A stretch of DNA of 59,711 bases, the filler included. It is 4 parts of 4 records of this genome, joined end to end, with 100 filler letters (N's around TTAATTAATTAA, not from the genome) between each part and the next. Parts side by side here need not be neighbours in the genome. Positions count along the whole stretch, not along the records: positions 44,008 to 49,962 come from SRR31156797_5962; positions 50,063 to 59,711 come from SRR31156797_5971; 2 more parts are not named here. The stretch is one strand, 5' to 3'. The notes beneath the pieces are model-generated. The model saw nothing but the letters and a program-made list of their open reading frames with translations. It was not told the DNA's origin and made no database searches. The position numbers were made by a program, and so were the translations under genes. Each line of letters starts with the position of its first letter. The stretch's first letter is position 1. Positions 47,590-59,711 of this stretch are shown here, piece after piece.

Positions 47590-48744
47590 ATGAACCGGCC
47601 CAGCCTTTTTCTCACCCGCATGGTATTGTTCCTTTTGGCGGTCGCCGCCGTATGCGCCGTCCTGTATGGGCCGCTGCACGAAGCGTTCATGGCGAACGCG
47701 GCGTTGAACGGATTGATCGTCGGCGTTCTTCTTATCGGCATCGTCTACAATTTCCGACAGGTCCTGCGCCTCAATCCGGAGGTGTCCTGGATCGAAAGCT
47801 ACCGCCAGAACGACAACACCACCCTGTCGCAACCGAAAACGCCGAAAATGCTGGCACCGATGGCGACCATGTTGGGCGAGCGGACCGACAAGCTCAGCCT
47901 GTCGACGATGGCGATGCGCTCGCTGCTGGACGGAATCGCATCGCGCCTCGACGAAAGCCGCGACATCTCGCGCTACATGATCGGCCTGCTCATTTTTCTC
48001 GGCCTGCTCGGCACATTCTGGGGGCTGCTCGAGACAATCTCGTCGATCAGCGACGTCATCGGCGGGCTGTCGGCCGCCGGCGGCAACCTCGCATCCGTCT
48101 TCGCCGATCTCAAACGTGGCCTTGAAGCGCCGTTGTCGGGCATGGGCACCGCCTTTTCGTCATCGTTGTTCGGCCTTGCCGGTTCGCTGGTTCTGGGTTT
48201 CCTCGACCTCCAGTTCAATCAGGCGCAGAACCGCTTCTACAACGATCTCGAGGAATGGCTTTCCAGCCTGACCCGGCTGTCCTCGGGCGCCCTTCCCGGC
48301 GACGGCGACCAAAGTGTGCCGGTCTATGTTCAGGCGTTGCTGGAACAGACCGCCGAAAGCCTCGAGAACCTTCAGCGCACGCTGTCGCGCGGCGAGGACG
48401 AACGCAATGTCGCCAACTCCAACCTGACGACGCTGATGGAAAAATTGGGGACGCTCACCGATCATATGCGGACCGAGCAGACCCTGATGATGAAATTGGC
48501 GGAAAGCCAGATGGAAATGAAGCCGATTCTCTTGCGGCTTGCCGAAAGTGCCGGGGCGCGGCCGGATTCGATGGACGAATCGACCCGCACGCACATTCGC
48601 AACCTGGATGTCTATGTCGCCCGTCTGCTTGAGGAACTCGGCACGGGACGGGAGGAAATCATTCAACAGCTTCGAAGCGAAATCAAACTTCTGGCGCGAA
48701 CGATCGCGGCTGCCTCCGCCGCCTCCGATTTGTCCGAGCGATAA
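47590..48744 (+). CDS. MotA/TolQ/ExbB-type ion-channel subunit with long helical C-terminal tail
   Basis: GLLGTFWGL ... GMGTAFSSSLFGLAGSL channel helices, two N-terminal hydrophobic helices, and a tail of about 175 aa. Confidence 0.82.
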   Translation: MNRPSLFLTRMVLFLLAVAAVCAVLYGPLHEAFMANAALNGLIVGVLLIGIVYNFRQVLRLNPEVSWIESYRQNDNTTLSQPKTPKMLAPMATMLGERTDKLSLSTMAMRSLLDGIASRLDESRDISRYMIGLLIFLGLLGTFWGLLETISSISDVIGGLSAAGGNLASVFADLKRGLEAPLSGMGTAFSSSLFGLAGSLVLGFLDLQFNQAQNRFYNDLEEWLSSLTRLSSGALPGDGDQSVPVYVQALLEQTAESLENLQRTLSRGEDERNVANSNLTTLMEKLGTLTDHMRTEQTLMMKLAESQMEMKPILLRLAESAGARPDSMDESTRTHIRNLDVYVARLLEELGTGREEIIQQLRSEIKLLARTIAAASAASDLSER

Positions 48745-48765
48745 GCGCGCCGCCGGAAAAGCGCC

Positions 48766-49962
48766 ATGGCCCGCTCGATCCGACGATTCGACCGAAACAC
48801 CAACATCTGGCCCGGCTTTGTCGACGGTCTGGCCACCCTGTTGATGGTCATCATTTTTCTGTTGATGATCTTTGTCCTGGCCCAGTTCTTTTTGAACGAG
48901 GCCCTGTCGGGCCGGGACGAAGCCCTGGAAAGGCTGCAGGACCAGGTCGGCGAACTGGCCGAATTGCTGGCCCTCGAACGGTCCGGTACCGCCGACCTGC
49001 GATTGAACGTTTCCCAGCTTTCCGAAGAACTGCAGGCTTCCGTCGCCGAGCGCGACGATCTGCAATCGGCGATCGAGAGCCTGTCGGTTCGCGCCGATAA
49101 CGCGGAAGAGGAAGCGAACCGGCTGAACACCGAGCTTGAAGATGCCTTCAAGACCATCCTCGCCGACAAAGCGGCAATCGAAGTCCAGGTCCGGAAGCTG
49201 GCGTCCCTTTCCCAGCAAATCCAGGCGTTGGAAGCCCTGAAGAAGGAGCTCGAGGACGAAGTCGTCGGCCTTTCCAGCAAGCTCGACAAGAGCGAGGAAG
49301 ATTTGGCCCGCGAACGCGAAGCCCTGCTGTCCGAAAAAGAGCTTTCCGAATCGGCCCGCGCCCAGGTCGCCCTGCTGAACCAGCAGATGCAGGCGCTGAG
49401 AAAACAGATCGCCGGTCTGGCCAAGGCGCTGGACGCTTCCGAAATCATGGCCGACAAACAGAAGGTCCAGATCGCTTCGCTCGGCAAACGCCTCAACGCG
49501 GCCCTGGCGTCGAAGGTTCAGGAACTGGCCCGCTACCGGTCCGAGTTTTTCGGTCGCTTGCGCGAGGTATTGGGACAACAGGCCGGCGTGCGTATCGTTG
49601 GCGACAGGTTTGTCTTTCAGTCCGAGGTTCTGTTCGAATCGGCATCGGCCGAATTGCAGGAACCGGGCAAGGTCCAGCTGATGCAGTTGGGCCGGACATT
49701 GAGCGAACTGGCGGCGAAGATCCCGCAGGATATCGACTGGGTGCTTCGGATCGACGGTCACACCGACAAAATCCCGATCAACACACCTAAATTCCCTTCG
49801 AACTGGGAACTGTCGACCGCACGCGCCATATCAGTGGTGAAGTTCTTGATCGAGCAGGGAATACCGGCTGACAATATGGCTGCTACAGGGTTTGGGGAAT
49901 TCCAGCCGATTGACCCGCGCGACGATGAAATCGCCTACCGGCGCAACCGGCGCATCGAATTC
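48766..49962 (+). CDS. MotB-like protein: Asp-containing TM, long coiled coil, OmpA/MotB peptidoglycan-binding domain (3' truncated)
   Basis: WPGFVDGLATLL; GHTD, NWELSTARA.SV, G.GEFQP and NRRIE. Confidence 0.88.
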
Positions 49963-50062
49963 NNNNNNNNNNNNNNNNNNNNNNNNNNNNNNNNNNNNNN
50001 NNNNNNTTAATTAATTAANNNNNNNNNNNNNNNNNNNNNNNNNNNNNNNNNNNNNNNNNNNN
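49963..50062. other. Artificial contig linker
   Basis: N44-TTAATTAATTAA-N44, with a GC-content switch. Confidence 0.98.
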
Positions 50063-50292
50063 TGTCCTTTTAACAACCAGTCTTTCCAGTTATCGCCACC
50101 CCCATGCAACAAATACAAAACCGGATAATCGAGTGTCGATGTTTCGTAACCCGGCGGAAGATAAATGGAATAATGTGTTGTTTGTCCTAAAATTTTACTT
50201 TCCAGCACTTTGTTGTTGAAAGCTGTACCTTTTTGCGCAAACGATGAAGCTGAAAACAGCAGCACGAAAATAAGAGCCGATAATTTTTTCAT
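50063..50292 (-). CDS. CE1-like esterase without N-terminal Ig-like module (3' truncated)
   Basis: Signal peptide, then SKILG...[20 protein letters not shown]. Confidence 0.8.
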
Positions 50293-50323
50293 AATTTTAT
50301 TATTGTGAATTGAAACGTCTTTT

Positions 50324-51460
50324 TTACTTAAAAAGCAATTGTAAAAAGTTTTTTAATGAATGTCGCCAAACCTTCCATTCGTGTATCCCTTCAAATGTTT
50401 CGTAAATAACTTCCAGGTTATTTTCTTTGAATTGATCAACTACTTTTGTGGTATGTTCAATTCTTGGATCTTGTTCTCCACATGACAGATAGAATAATTC
50501 CAGTTCTTTGTTAAAATCCCCTGATTTTGTCAGAATCCCCGGGATTTTCTTTTCTGCATCGAATTCGACACCAGGTATTCCACCAAAAATTCCGCTGCTA
50601 AACGAACCTATCCAGTCAAATTCAGTCACATTTCGAAGTCCGATATAAAAAGATTGGCCACCGCCCATTGAAAGTCCGGCAACAGCTCTGTTTGCCTGAT
50701 CGCTGTGTACATTGAAATTCTTTTCAATTAAAGGAATTACATCGTTAAACAGTTCATTTCCCATAATTGCTATTCCTTCATCGCCATATGCGCCACCTTC
50801 GGTTTCTGCCTCAAGGTTGCCATTGGTCATTACAATAATCATTGGTGTAACTTTTCCTTGTGCCAAAAGATTATCCATAATTATTGGAGCACAACCTTCG
50901 TTGTACCACGATGTTTCGTTGCCACCGCCACCATGACGTAAATAAAGTACCGGATATTTATTCGCATTATTCGCATAACCCGGTGGTAGATATACAAAAA
51001 CCTTCCGGTTAACTTTTTGTGTAGTTGAATAATAATTTAGAATATGCACTTCTCCTTGCGGAACATTTTGAAGTTCATCAAAACGGGGTGGATTTCCGGG
51101 AATATTTAAAAGATTAAAACCCGGTGCCGTACCTCCCTGCATTTCCGGATTTAGCGGATCAACAATTCGCAATCCATCAACAAAAATTCCATAGGTATAT
51201 AAATCGGGTTGTTGAGGTTCGATGGTAACCTGCCAGATTCCATCCTCATTTTTGGCAAAAGCTTTTCGTTCTGTTTCGGAACCAAACATTAATTCAACTG
51301 TTTTGGCATTTTCAGCATCCAAAGAGAATGTCACACTTTTATCGTCGTGTACAACAGGAGATTTAATCCTGGAAAATAATTGCGCTGAACTATTTAATAC
51401 GGACAGAATAAAAAAGAATACAACAACTAATCGATAAAAAATTCTGACAGAAAAATTCAT
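50324..51460 (-). CDS. CE1-like esterase with N-terminal CBM48/E-set-like domain
   Basis: YLPPGY, YPVLYLRHGGGG, AGLSMGG, CGEQD and GIHEW. Confidence 0.88.
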   Translation of the reverse strand: MNFSVRIFYRLVVVFFFILSVLNSSAQLFSRIKSPVVHDDKSVTFSLDAENAKTVELMFGSETERKAFAKNEDGIWQVTIEPQQPDLYTYGIFVDGLRIVDPLNPEMQGGTAPGFNLLNIPGNPPRFDELQNVPQGEVHILNYYSTTQKVNRKVFVYLPPGYANNANKYPVLYLRHGGGGNETSWYNEGCAPIIMDNLLAQGKVTPMIIVMTNGNLEAETEGGAYGDEGIAIMGNELFNDVIPLIEKNFNVHSDQANRAVAGLSMGGGQSFYIGLRNVTEFDWIGSFSSGIFGGIPGVEFDAEKKIPGILTKSGDFNKELELFYLSCGEQDPRIEHTTKVVDQFKENNLEVIYETFEGIHEWKVWRHSLKNFLQLLFK

Positions 51461-51474
51461 AATCTTATATTTTT

Positions 51475-51508
51475 AACAAAAAAGCACATCAAAAACTGAT
51501 GTGCTTTT
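51475..51508 (-). terminator. Rho-independent terminator inside the esterase array
   Basis: Minus strand AAAAGCACATCA-GTTTT-TGATGTGC followed by T6. Confidence 0.7.
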
Positions 51509-51519
51509 AAATACCTATT

Positions 51520-52626
51520 TTATTTAAACAATCTCGGTGCAAAGTTTTTTAAATCATGCCGCCAAACATGCCAGGTATGCCCACCGGGCATTTCGCTGGA
51601 TTCATATTTAATTCCATTCTTATCAAACACTTTCAACATTTCTTTTCCATTTTCATAGGCAATGTCTTCAGGTCCACCTTGTGTAAATCGTAATATTTTT
51701 ACCGTTTTATTTAACGTTGATGCAATTTCGGCTAAACGTTTGTCTCCGGTTTCATACATTTCTTTATTGTTTGTAAACCAGCCTGAGCTCATAACATTTA
51801 TATAACCAAACAAATCGGGTTGTGCCATAAACGATTCCAGCACTTCAAGACCTCCCATTGAAAGCCCGGCCAAAGCGCGGTTTTCGGAATTTTTATAAAC
51901 ATTGTAATTTGATTCGATATAAGGAATTATGTCATTTACAAAATCATCAACAAACAATCCAACATCAATTCCTCCATCGGGCATAACCACAATCATTTCT
52001 TTGCATTTTCCTTCGGCAAGCAGGTTATCCATTATAATTCCGGCACGCCCAACTCCCGGCCATGCCAGTTCACTGTCTCCGCCACCGTGAATCAGATAAA
52101 AAACAGGCAATTTATTGTTTTTGGCATTGTACCCGGATGGGGTCCAAACCTGCATATTGCGCATGGTTTTGGTTGTAGATGAATAATACTGAATGGCAGA
52201 AACCGCACCATGAGGAATATCTTTTCGTAAAGCAAAAAACTCATCTTCATTATTTGGTGTTACGTTTATTACTGCCGATGTTTTATATGCTTCAGGAGCT
52301 TTGGGATCGTAAACCCGAACTCCATCAACTACAAAATTATAACGATATGAACCTGCTTTAACATCAGGAATAGTAAATGTCCAAACCCCATTATCGGCTT
52401 TTGTTTTTGGAATCTCCTGCCCCCAGGGAACAATATCGCCACTAACAGAAACATCATTTGCATTAGGAGCATAAATACTAAAAACCACATCACCGTTAGA
52501 AAGTACACGGGTTGACTTTAATGTATCGTTTGGAGTTGGAGTTTGGTTAAATTGTGCATTTACTGCAACAGAAAATAACAAAGCAACAATTAGACTTGCT
52601 AAAAATTTTATATCAATTTTTTTCAT
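51520..52626 (-). CDS. CE1-like esterase with N-terminal CBM48/E-set-like domain
   Basis: PHG, LPVFYLIHGGGD, AGLSMGG and GGHTW. Confidence 0.88.
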   Translation of the reverse strand: MKKIDIKFLASLIVALLFSVAVNAQFNQTPTPNDTLKSTRVLSNGDVVFSIYAPNANDVSVSGDIVPWGQEIPKTKADNGVWTFTIPDVKAGSYRYNFVVDGVRVYDPKAPEAYKTSAVINVTPNNEDEFFALRKDIPHGAVSAIQYYSSTTKTMRNMQVWTPSGYNAKNNKLPVFYLIHGGGDSELAWPGVGRAGIIMDNLLAEGKCKEMIVVMPDGGIDVGLFVDDFVNDIIPYIESNYNVYKNSENRALAGLSMGGLEVLESFMAQPDLFGYINVMSSGWFTNNKEMYETGDKRLAEIASTLNKTVKILRFTQGGPEDIAYENGKEMLKVFDKNGIKYESSEMPGGHTWHVWRHDLKNFAPRLFK

Positions 52627-52641
52627 ATTTGTAAAATTGTT

Positions 52642-53823
<1,182 letters not shown>

Positions 53824-53841
53824 TTAAAATGTTAAGTTTTT

Positions 53842-55050
53842 TTATTTGAATAATCGGGGTACATAATCCGACAGATATGTTCTCCAGTTTGCCCAGGTAT
53901 GACCGCCACCGGTTTCATTATAAATATATTCGAAATTATGCTCATCGAGCTTTTTTCGGAGCGTTTGTACACCTTCATAACAAAAATCTTCTGTTCCGCA
54001 CCCGGTATAAAACAATTTATTATCCATTGTTTTAAGATACTTGTCGTAACCAGGAACCAGGATTTCATTTGAAACAATTTCAAACTGATCGTTAAAGTGA
54101 ATTCCTAAGCTAAAACATCCAATGTACTGGAATAATCCGGGGTTGGTCATTGTTGTAATTTGAGTTTGCATCGATCCCATTGATAAACCGGCAATTGCCC
54201 TATTTTCACTGTTTGCAATTACTCTGAAATGTTTCTCGATATACGGGATTACATCATTCACTAAACTTTTTGGGAATTTGGTAACACGAGCTACCGTTTG
54301 TTCTCTTGATTCGTCACCTCTGGCCGGGCCACGATCAACTATGTTTGTATTTGTAGGCCATTCAGTTACCGACGATGATTGAAGCTCATTGCCATTTGTC
54401 ATAACCACTATCATAGGTTTGGCTGTGCCTTCAGCAATCAGGTTATCCAGAATATAGTTGGCCCGCCCAAGTGACGACCAGGCTTCTTCATCGCCACCCC
54501 CGCCATGAAGCAAGTACAAAACAGGATATTTCTCACTACTGTTTTCGTATCCAGCAGGTGTGTAAACCAACATTCTGCGCCGTAAATCGAGCGTTGGCGA
54601 ATCGTACCAAACTTTATGAATTGTACCATGTGGTACATCCTGAACTTCGAAAATATCTGATCCTTCACCGGGAATTATAAGCGTATTGGAATATCTGGTT
54701 CCATCGCGCATAACTTTTGGATTTGCAGGATCGATGATACTGATACCATCTACAACAAAACTGTAATGATACATTGATGGCTCAAGTGGGCCAACAGTTA
54801 TCGACCAGACACCTTCACTATTTTTAGTAAATTTACCGTCATCAGCCCTTCCCATCCAACTTCCACTTAAAGAAATAGAACTTGCATCGGTAGAAAAAAT
54901 ATTAAAAGTAACGGTATTGTCACCGGCAATTTCCGGAGAAACAATTCGTGGCCCCTGTTGCATTGAAATTTCCTGTCCGTAGGAAGTAAAAAATAAACCA
55001 ATAAAAAAAAGTAAACTTAATATCGTTTTATCGAATTGTAATGATTTCAT
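53842..55050 (-). CDS. CE1-like esterase with N-terminal CBM48/E-set-like domain
   Basis: [27 protein letters not shown] and GGHTWANWR. Closest paralogue of 52642-53820. Confidence 0.9.
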   Translation of the reverse strand: MKSLQFDKTILSLLFFIGLFFTSYGQEISMQQGPRIVSPEIAGDNTVTFNIFSTDASSISLSGSWMGRADDGKFTKNSEGVWSITVGPLEPSMYHYSFVVDGISIIDPANPKVMRDGTRYSNTLIIPGEGSDIFEVQDVPHGTIHKVWYDSPTLDLRRRMLVYTPAGYENSSEKYPVLYLLHGGGGDEEAWSSLGRANYILDNLIAEGTAKPMIVVMTNGNELQSSSVTEWPTNTNIVDRGPARGDESREQTVARVTKFPKSLVNDVIPYIEKHFRVIANSENRAIAGLSMGSMQTQITTMTNPGLFQYIGCFSLGIHFNDQFEIVSNEILVPGYDKYLKTMDNKLFYTGCGTEDFCYEGVQTLRKKLDEHNFEYIYNETGGGHTWANWRTYLSDYVPRLFK

Positions 55051-55084
55051 CTTAAATGTTTTATAAATATTTAAATTGTTTCAG

Positions 55085-57480
<2,396 letters not shown>

Positions 57481-57494
57481 TGCAGTTAGTTTTA

Positions 57495-59135
57495 TTATTT
57501 CTGAATGCTATTCCACATTTCTCGTTCTTGTTTGAATCTATCGTTTAAGACCTCACATTTACCATCAATTCTCATGGTTGGACGAGTTTCAAGATTATAA
57601 GCCGGCCAATCAGGTTGGCCGCTGGCAACAGGTTTGCCTGTGCGTGCAAAACTGGTCCAAAATGATGTCATATTTTTTGAAGCAATAAAACGATCGGGTT
57701 TGGTACCAGCCATTCCTGTTTCTACATTGTAAAATTTAAAAGGTATATCCAGTGCATGCATGGCACCTGTTTCAAATTCAGTTCCAGGAATTTTATTATT
57801 TGATTTGTATCCGAAATTGTACAAATATGCCGGAGCACCGCCCTGAATTGCTTTTTGTTCGGCAATGGTAACAGAACCAAGTCCCATCATCATTACTGAA
57901 CGAATAGCTATATAAATTTCACCGGGTGTTTTGTCGGGATTTGCTTCATGGTATGTTTTTCTAATCAATTCGGCATTTTCGCCATAATCTCTTTCCAAAC
58001 GACTTTTTAACTGATCTTCGGTTAGCGTAAAAACTTCTGTGTCGCCGCCGGTCATGGCAAAGAATATATATTCATCTTCGTTCCATCCAACCAGCAAAGG
58101 TTTATTTTTTGAAATTTCGGGAGCAGTTGGTTCAAACGGATTATTTGGTAAAACCACATTATCTTTTACTGCCCCAAAACTTCCTACACCGGAGTTTCCA
58201 ATTCCTCTGAAACCTCCTGAAAGTGGATTTGGAATCCTGGGCAAATCCCCTTGAGCTTCCAACAATTTTTCAACCGGAACTTCAAGCAATTTCTGCCAGT
58301 TTTGGGGAGAAATATTTAAATAATTTAACAGAGAGCGTGTTGTTTTAGCCGCATCTTCAGCACTGATTATTTCTACACCCGGACCACTTTCTATAGATGC
58401 TTTATTAAAATAAGGTGAAGCTTCGGGCATTGCGTACAAACAGGATGTTTTCATCCCCCCGCCTGATTCACCAAAAATCATCACATTATCCGGATCACCG
58501 CCAAATTGTTCAATATTTTCATTGATCCATTTTAAAGCAACTGCAATATCCTGAACACCCCTGTTTCCGGAACCTTTATATAATTCTCCTCCTAATTCGT
58601 CAAGATAAAGAAATCCGAGTAATCCCAACCGATGGTTGGTTGCTACCACTACAACATCGTACATTCGGGCAAGATTTGCACCATCCTGAGAAGCACTGCC
58701 ACCAGAGCCCGTTCGAAAACCTCCACCATGGTTATATACCATAACCGGACGTTTTTTACCGTCATTTGCCGGTGTCCAAATATTTAGTACTAAACAATTT
58801 TCCGCAGGATCGGGCTCATTAATACCGTATGTTTGATTTGGTGGTTGAATTGAAGGATTTCCCAATTGCAAAGCATCGCATGTCCCGGTCCATGGATTTA
58901 CATTTCCTGGTTTCTGAAATCTTTTATTTCCTGAAACACTTCCGGCGTATGGAACTCCTTTAAAAATGTTTACCCCATTTTCGCGAAAACCACGAAGTTT
59001 ACCATATTGGGTATCAATAATTTTATATTCAACAGAAGCACTTTTCCATGATTTTGCAATTCCGGGGATAAAAATTAGCGGAACAGCAGCAATAGAAGTT
59101 CTTCCAATAAATTGCCTTCTTGAGAAATCCTTCAT
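57495..59135 (-). CDS. Type-B carboxylesterase/lipase with twin-arginine signal
   Basis: SRRQFI, FKGVPYA, ENCLVLNIW, HGGGF, FGGDPDNVMIFGESGG and MHALD. Confidence 0.9.
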   Translation of the reverse strand: MKDFSRRQFIGRTSIAAVPLIFIPGIAKSWKSASVEYKIIDTQYGKLRGFRENGVNIFKGVPYAGSVSGNKRFQKPGNVNPWTGTCDALQLGNPSIQPPNQTYGINEPDPAENCLVLNIWTPANDGKKRPVMVYNHGGGFRTGSGGSASQDGANLARMYDVVVVATNHRLGLLGFLYLDELGGELYKGSGNRGVQDIAVALKWINENIEQFGGDPDNVMIFGESGGGMKTSCLYAMPEASPYFNKASIESGPGVEIISAEDAAKTTRSLLNYLNISPQNWQKLLEVPVEKLLEAQGDLPRIPNPLSGGFRGIGNSGVGSFGAVKDNVVLPNNPFEPTAPEISKNKPLLVGWNEDEYIFFAMTGGDTEVFTLTEDQLKSRLERDYGENAELIRKTYHEANPDKTPGEIYIAIRSVMMMGLGSVTIAEQKAIQGGAPAYLYNFGYKSNNKIPGTEFETGAMHALDIPFKFYNVETGMAGTKPDRFIASKNMTSFWTSFARTGKPVASGQPDWPAYNLETRPTMRIDGKCEVLNDRFKQEREMWNSIQK

Positions 59136-59143
59136 TTTAAATA

Positions 59144-59711
59144 TTATTTAAATAACTGAGGAGCAAATGTATTCAGATAAATTCTCCAGTTCGACCAAGT
59201 ATGACCACCAGGAGTTACAAAATACGTGTGCTTCAATCCGTTATCGGTAAGCATTTTATCGAGTGTATTTGCCGATTCAAAAAGAAAATCAGTATCACCA
59301 CAAGCTAAAAAGTATAGTTTATACCCTTTCTTTTTCAACGCTTTAAACTGAGTTGCATAATTTTCCATCACTTCGTCCTGGTCGACTTCACTGTTTCCAA
59401 ACCTCATCCCTATTCCCATACTTAATGGACAGATATAATCAAAAAATCCGGGATACATAAGTGATGTAGTTATTGTATGTCCTCCTCCCATAGAAAGACC
59501 AGCTATTGCTCTTGATTTTGGTTTTGCATCGACTTTATATGTTTTTTCAATAAAAGGAACTATGTCTTCCACAATGCTTTTTGGATATGTATTTCCCATC
59601 ATACCCATTCCAGGATTATTTGGATCTCTTGGTTTTTCGTCAATCATTAAAGTTCTGGCAGCAAACTGTGTTGGATTACCGTTTGGCATAACACAAATCA
59701 TTGGTTTTGCC
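59144..59711 (-). CDS. CE1-like esterase, C-terminal part (5' truncated by window edge)
   Basis: KPMICVMPNG, AGLSMGG, CGDTDF and GGHTWSNWR. Confidence 0.88.
   Translation of the reverse strand, partial: AKPMICVMPNGNPTQFAARTLMIDEKPRDPNNPGMGMMGNTYPKSIVEDIVPFIEKTYKVDAKPKSRAIAGLSMGGGHTITTSLMYPGFFDYICPLSMGIGMRFGNSEVDQDEVMENYATQFKALKKKGYKLYFLACGDTDFLFESANTLDKMLTDNGLKHTYFVTPGGHTWSNWRIYLNTFAPQLFK

Noticed and set aside
44100..49761. Many long overlapping ORFs in the GC-rich contig (e.g. 48160-49761 minus, 44100-44834 minus, 45018-45572 plus)
   Set aside because: Expected stop-codon scarcity at high GC. They fully overlap thiE, efp, suhB or the motor genes and lack motifs.
47590..49962. Calling the pair flagellar motA/motB or a bona fide Zorya system
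   Set aside because: No flagellar context, atypical long tail and coiled coil, and no zorC/D/E visible. The contig ends before downstream genes, so gene symbols are withheld.
31365..50062. Recurrent TTAATTAATTAA and ORF ends at 31420, 50010 and 50011
   Set aside because: Synthetic linker. Those ORF boundaries are artefacts and the true genes are truncated.

Overview
This window is not one genome. It is four unrelated contigs joined by artificial 100-bp linkers (N44-TTAATTAATTAA-N44 at 31365-31464, 43908-44007 and 49963-50062). Taxon labels below are inferred from base composition and protein style. Contig 1 (1-31364, very AT-rich, Arcobacteraceae/Campylobacterota-like) carries rimK plus an AstE/AspA deacylase, an EmrAB pump with TetR, a two-gene Tat-exported molybdopterin oxidoreductase with no membrane anchor, nikABCDE plus a GNAT, a TudS-related desulfidase with an ATPase-less ABC importer, a peroxiredoxin-like gene with TetR, recQ, an allophanate hydrolase/peptide-type ABC/CHASE two-component cluster, and panE. 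Contig 2 (31465-43907, AT-rich, taxon uncertain) carries msrA, a solute-binding protein, an NT5C nucleotidase behind a structured leader, a degenerate GGDEF protein, pbpC, an MCP-hemerythrin, a fused MNT-HEPN protein, an output-less Cache receptor, nudC and a DEAD-box helicase. Contig 3 (44008-49962, GC-rich alphaproteobacterium) carries thiE-efp-suhB and then a non-flagellar OmpA + MotA-like + MotB-like trio with ZorAB-like architecture. Contig 4 (50063-59711, Bacteroidota-like) is an uninterrupted array of at least eight CE1-type esterase paralogues plus a type-B carboxylesterase. The best candidates for undescribed biology are the orphan ion-driven motor trio, the TudS-like desulfidase/importer with its structured leader, the anchor-less Mo-enzyme with a non-Arr/Arx signature, the CHASE-linked atzF import operon, the MNT-HEPN fusion with a dead RNase motif, and the esterase array. 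All calls come from motif reading only; no database searches were run.
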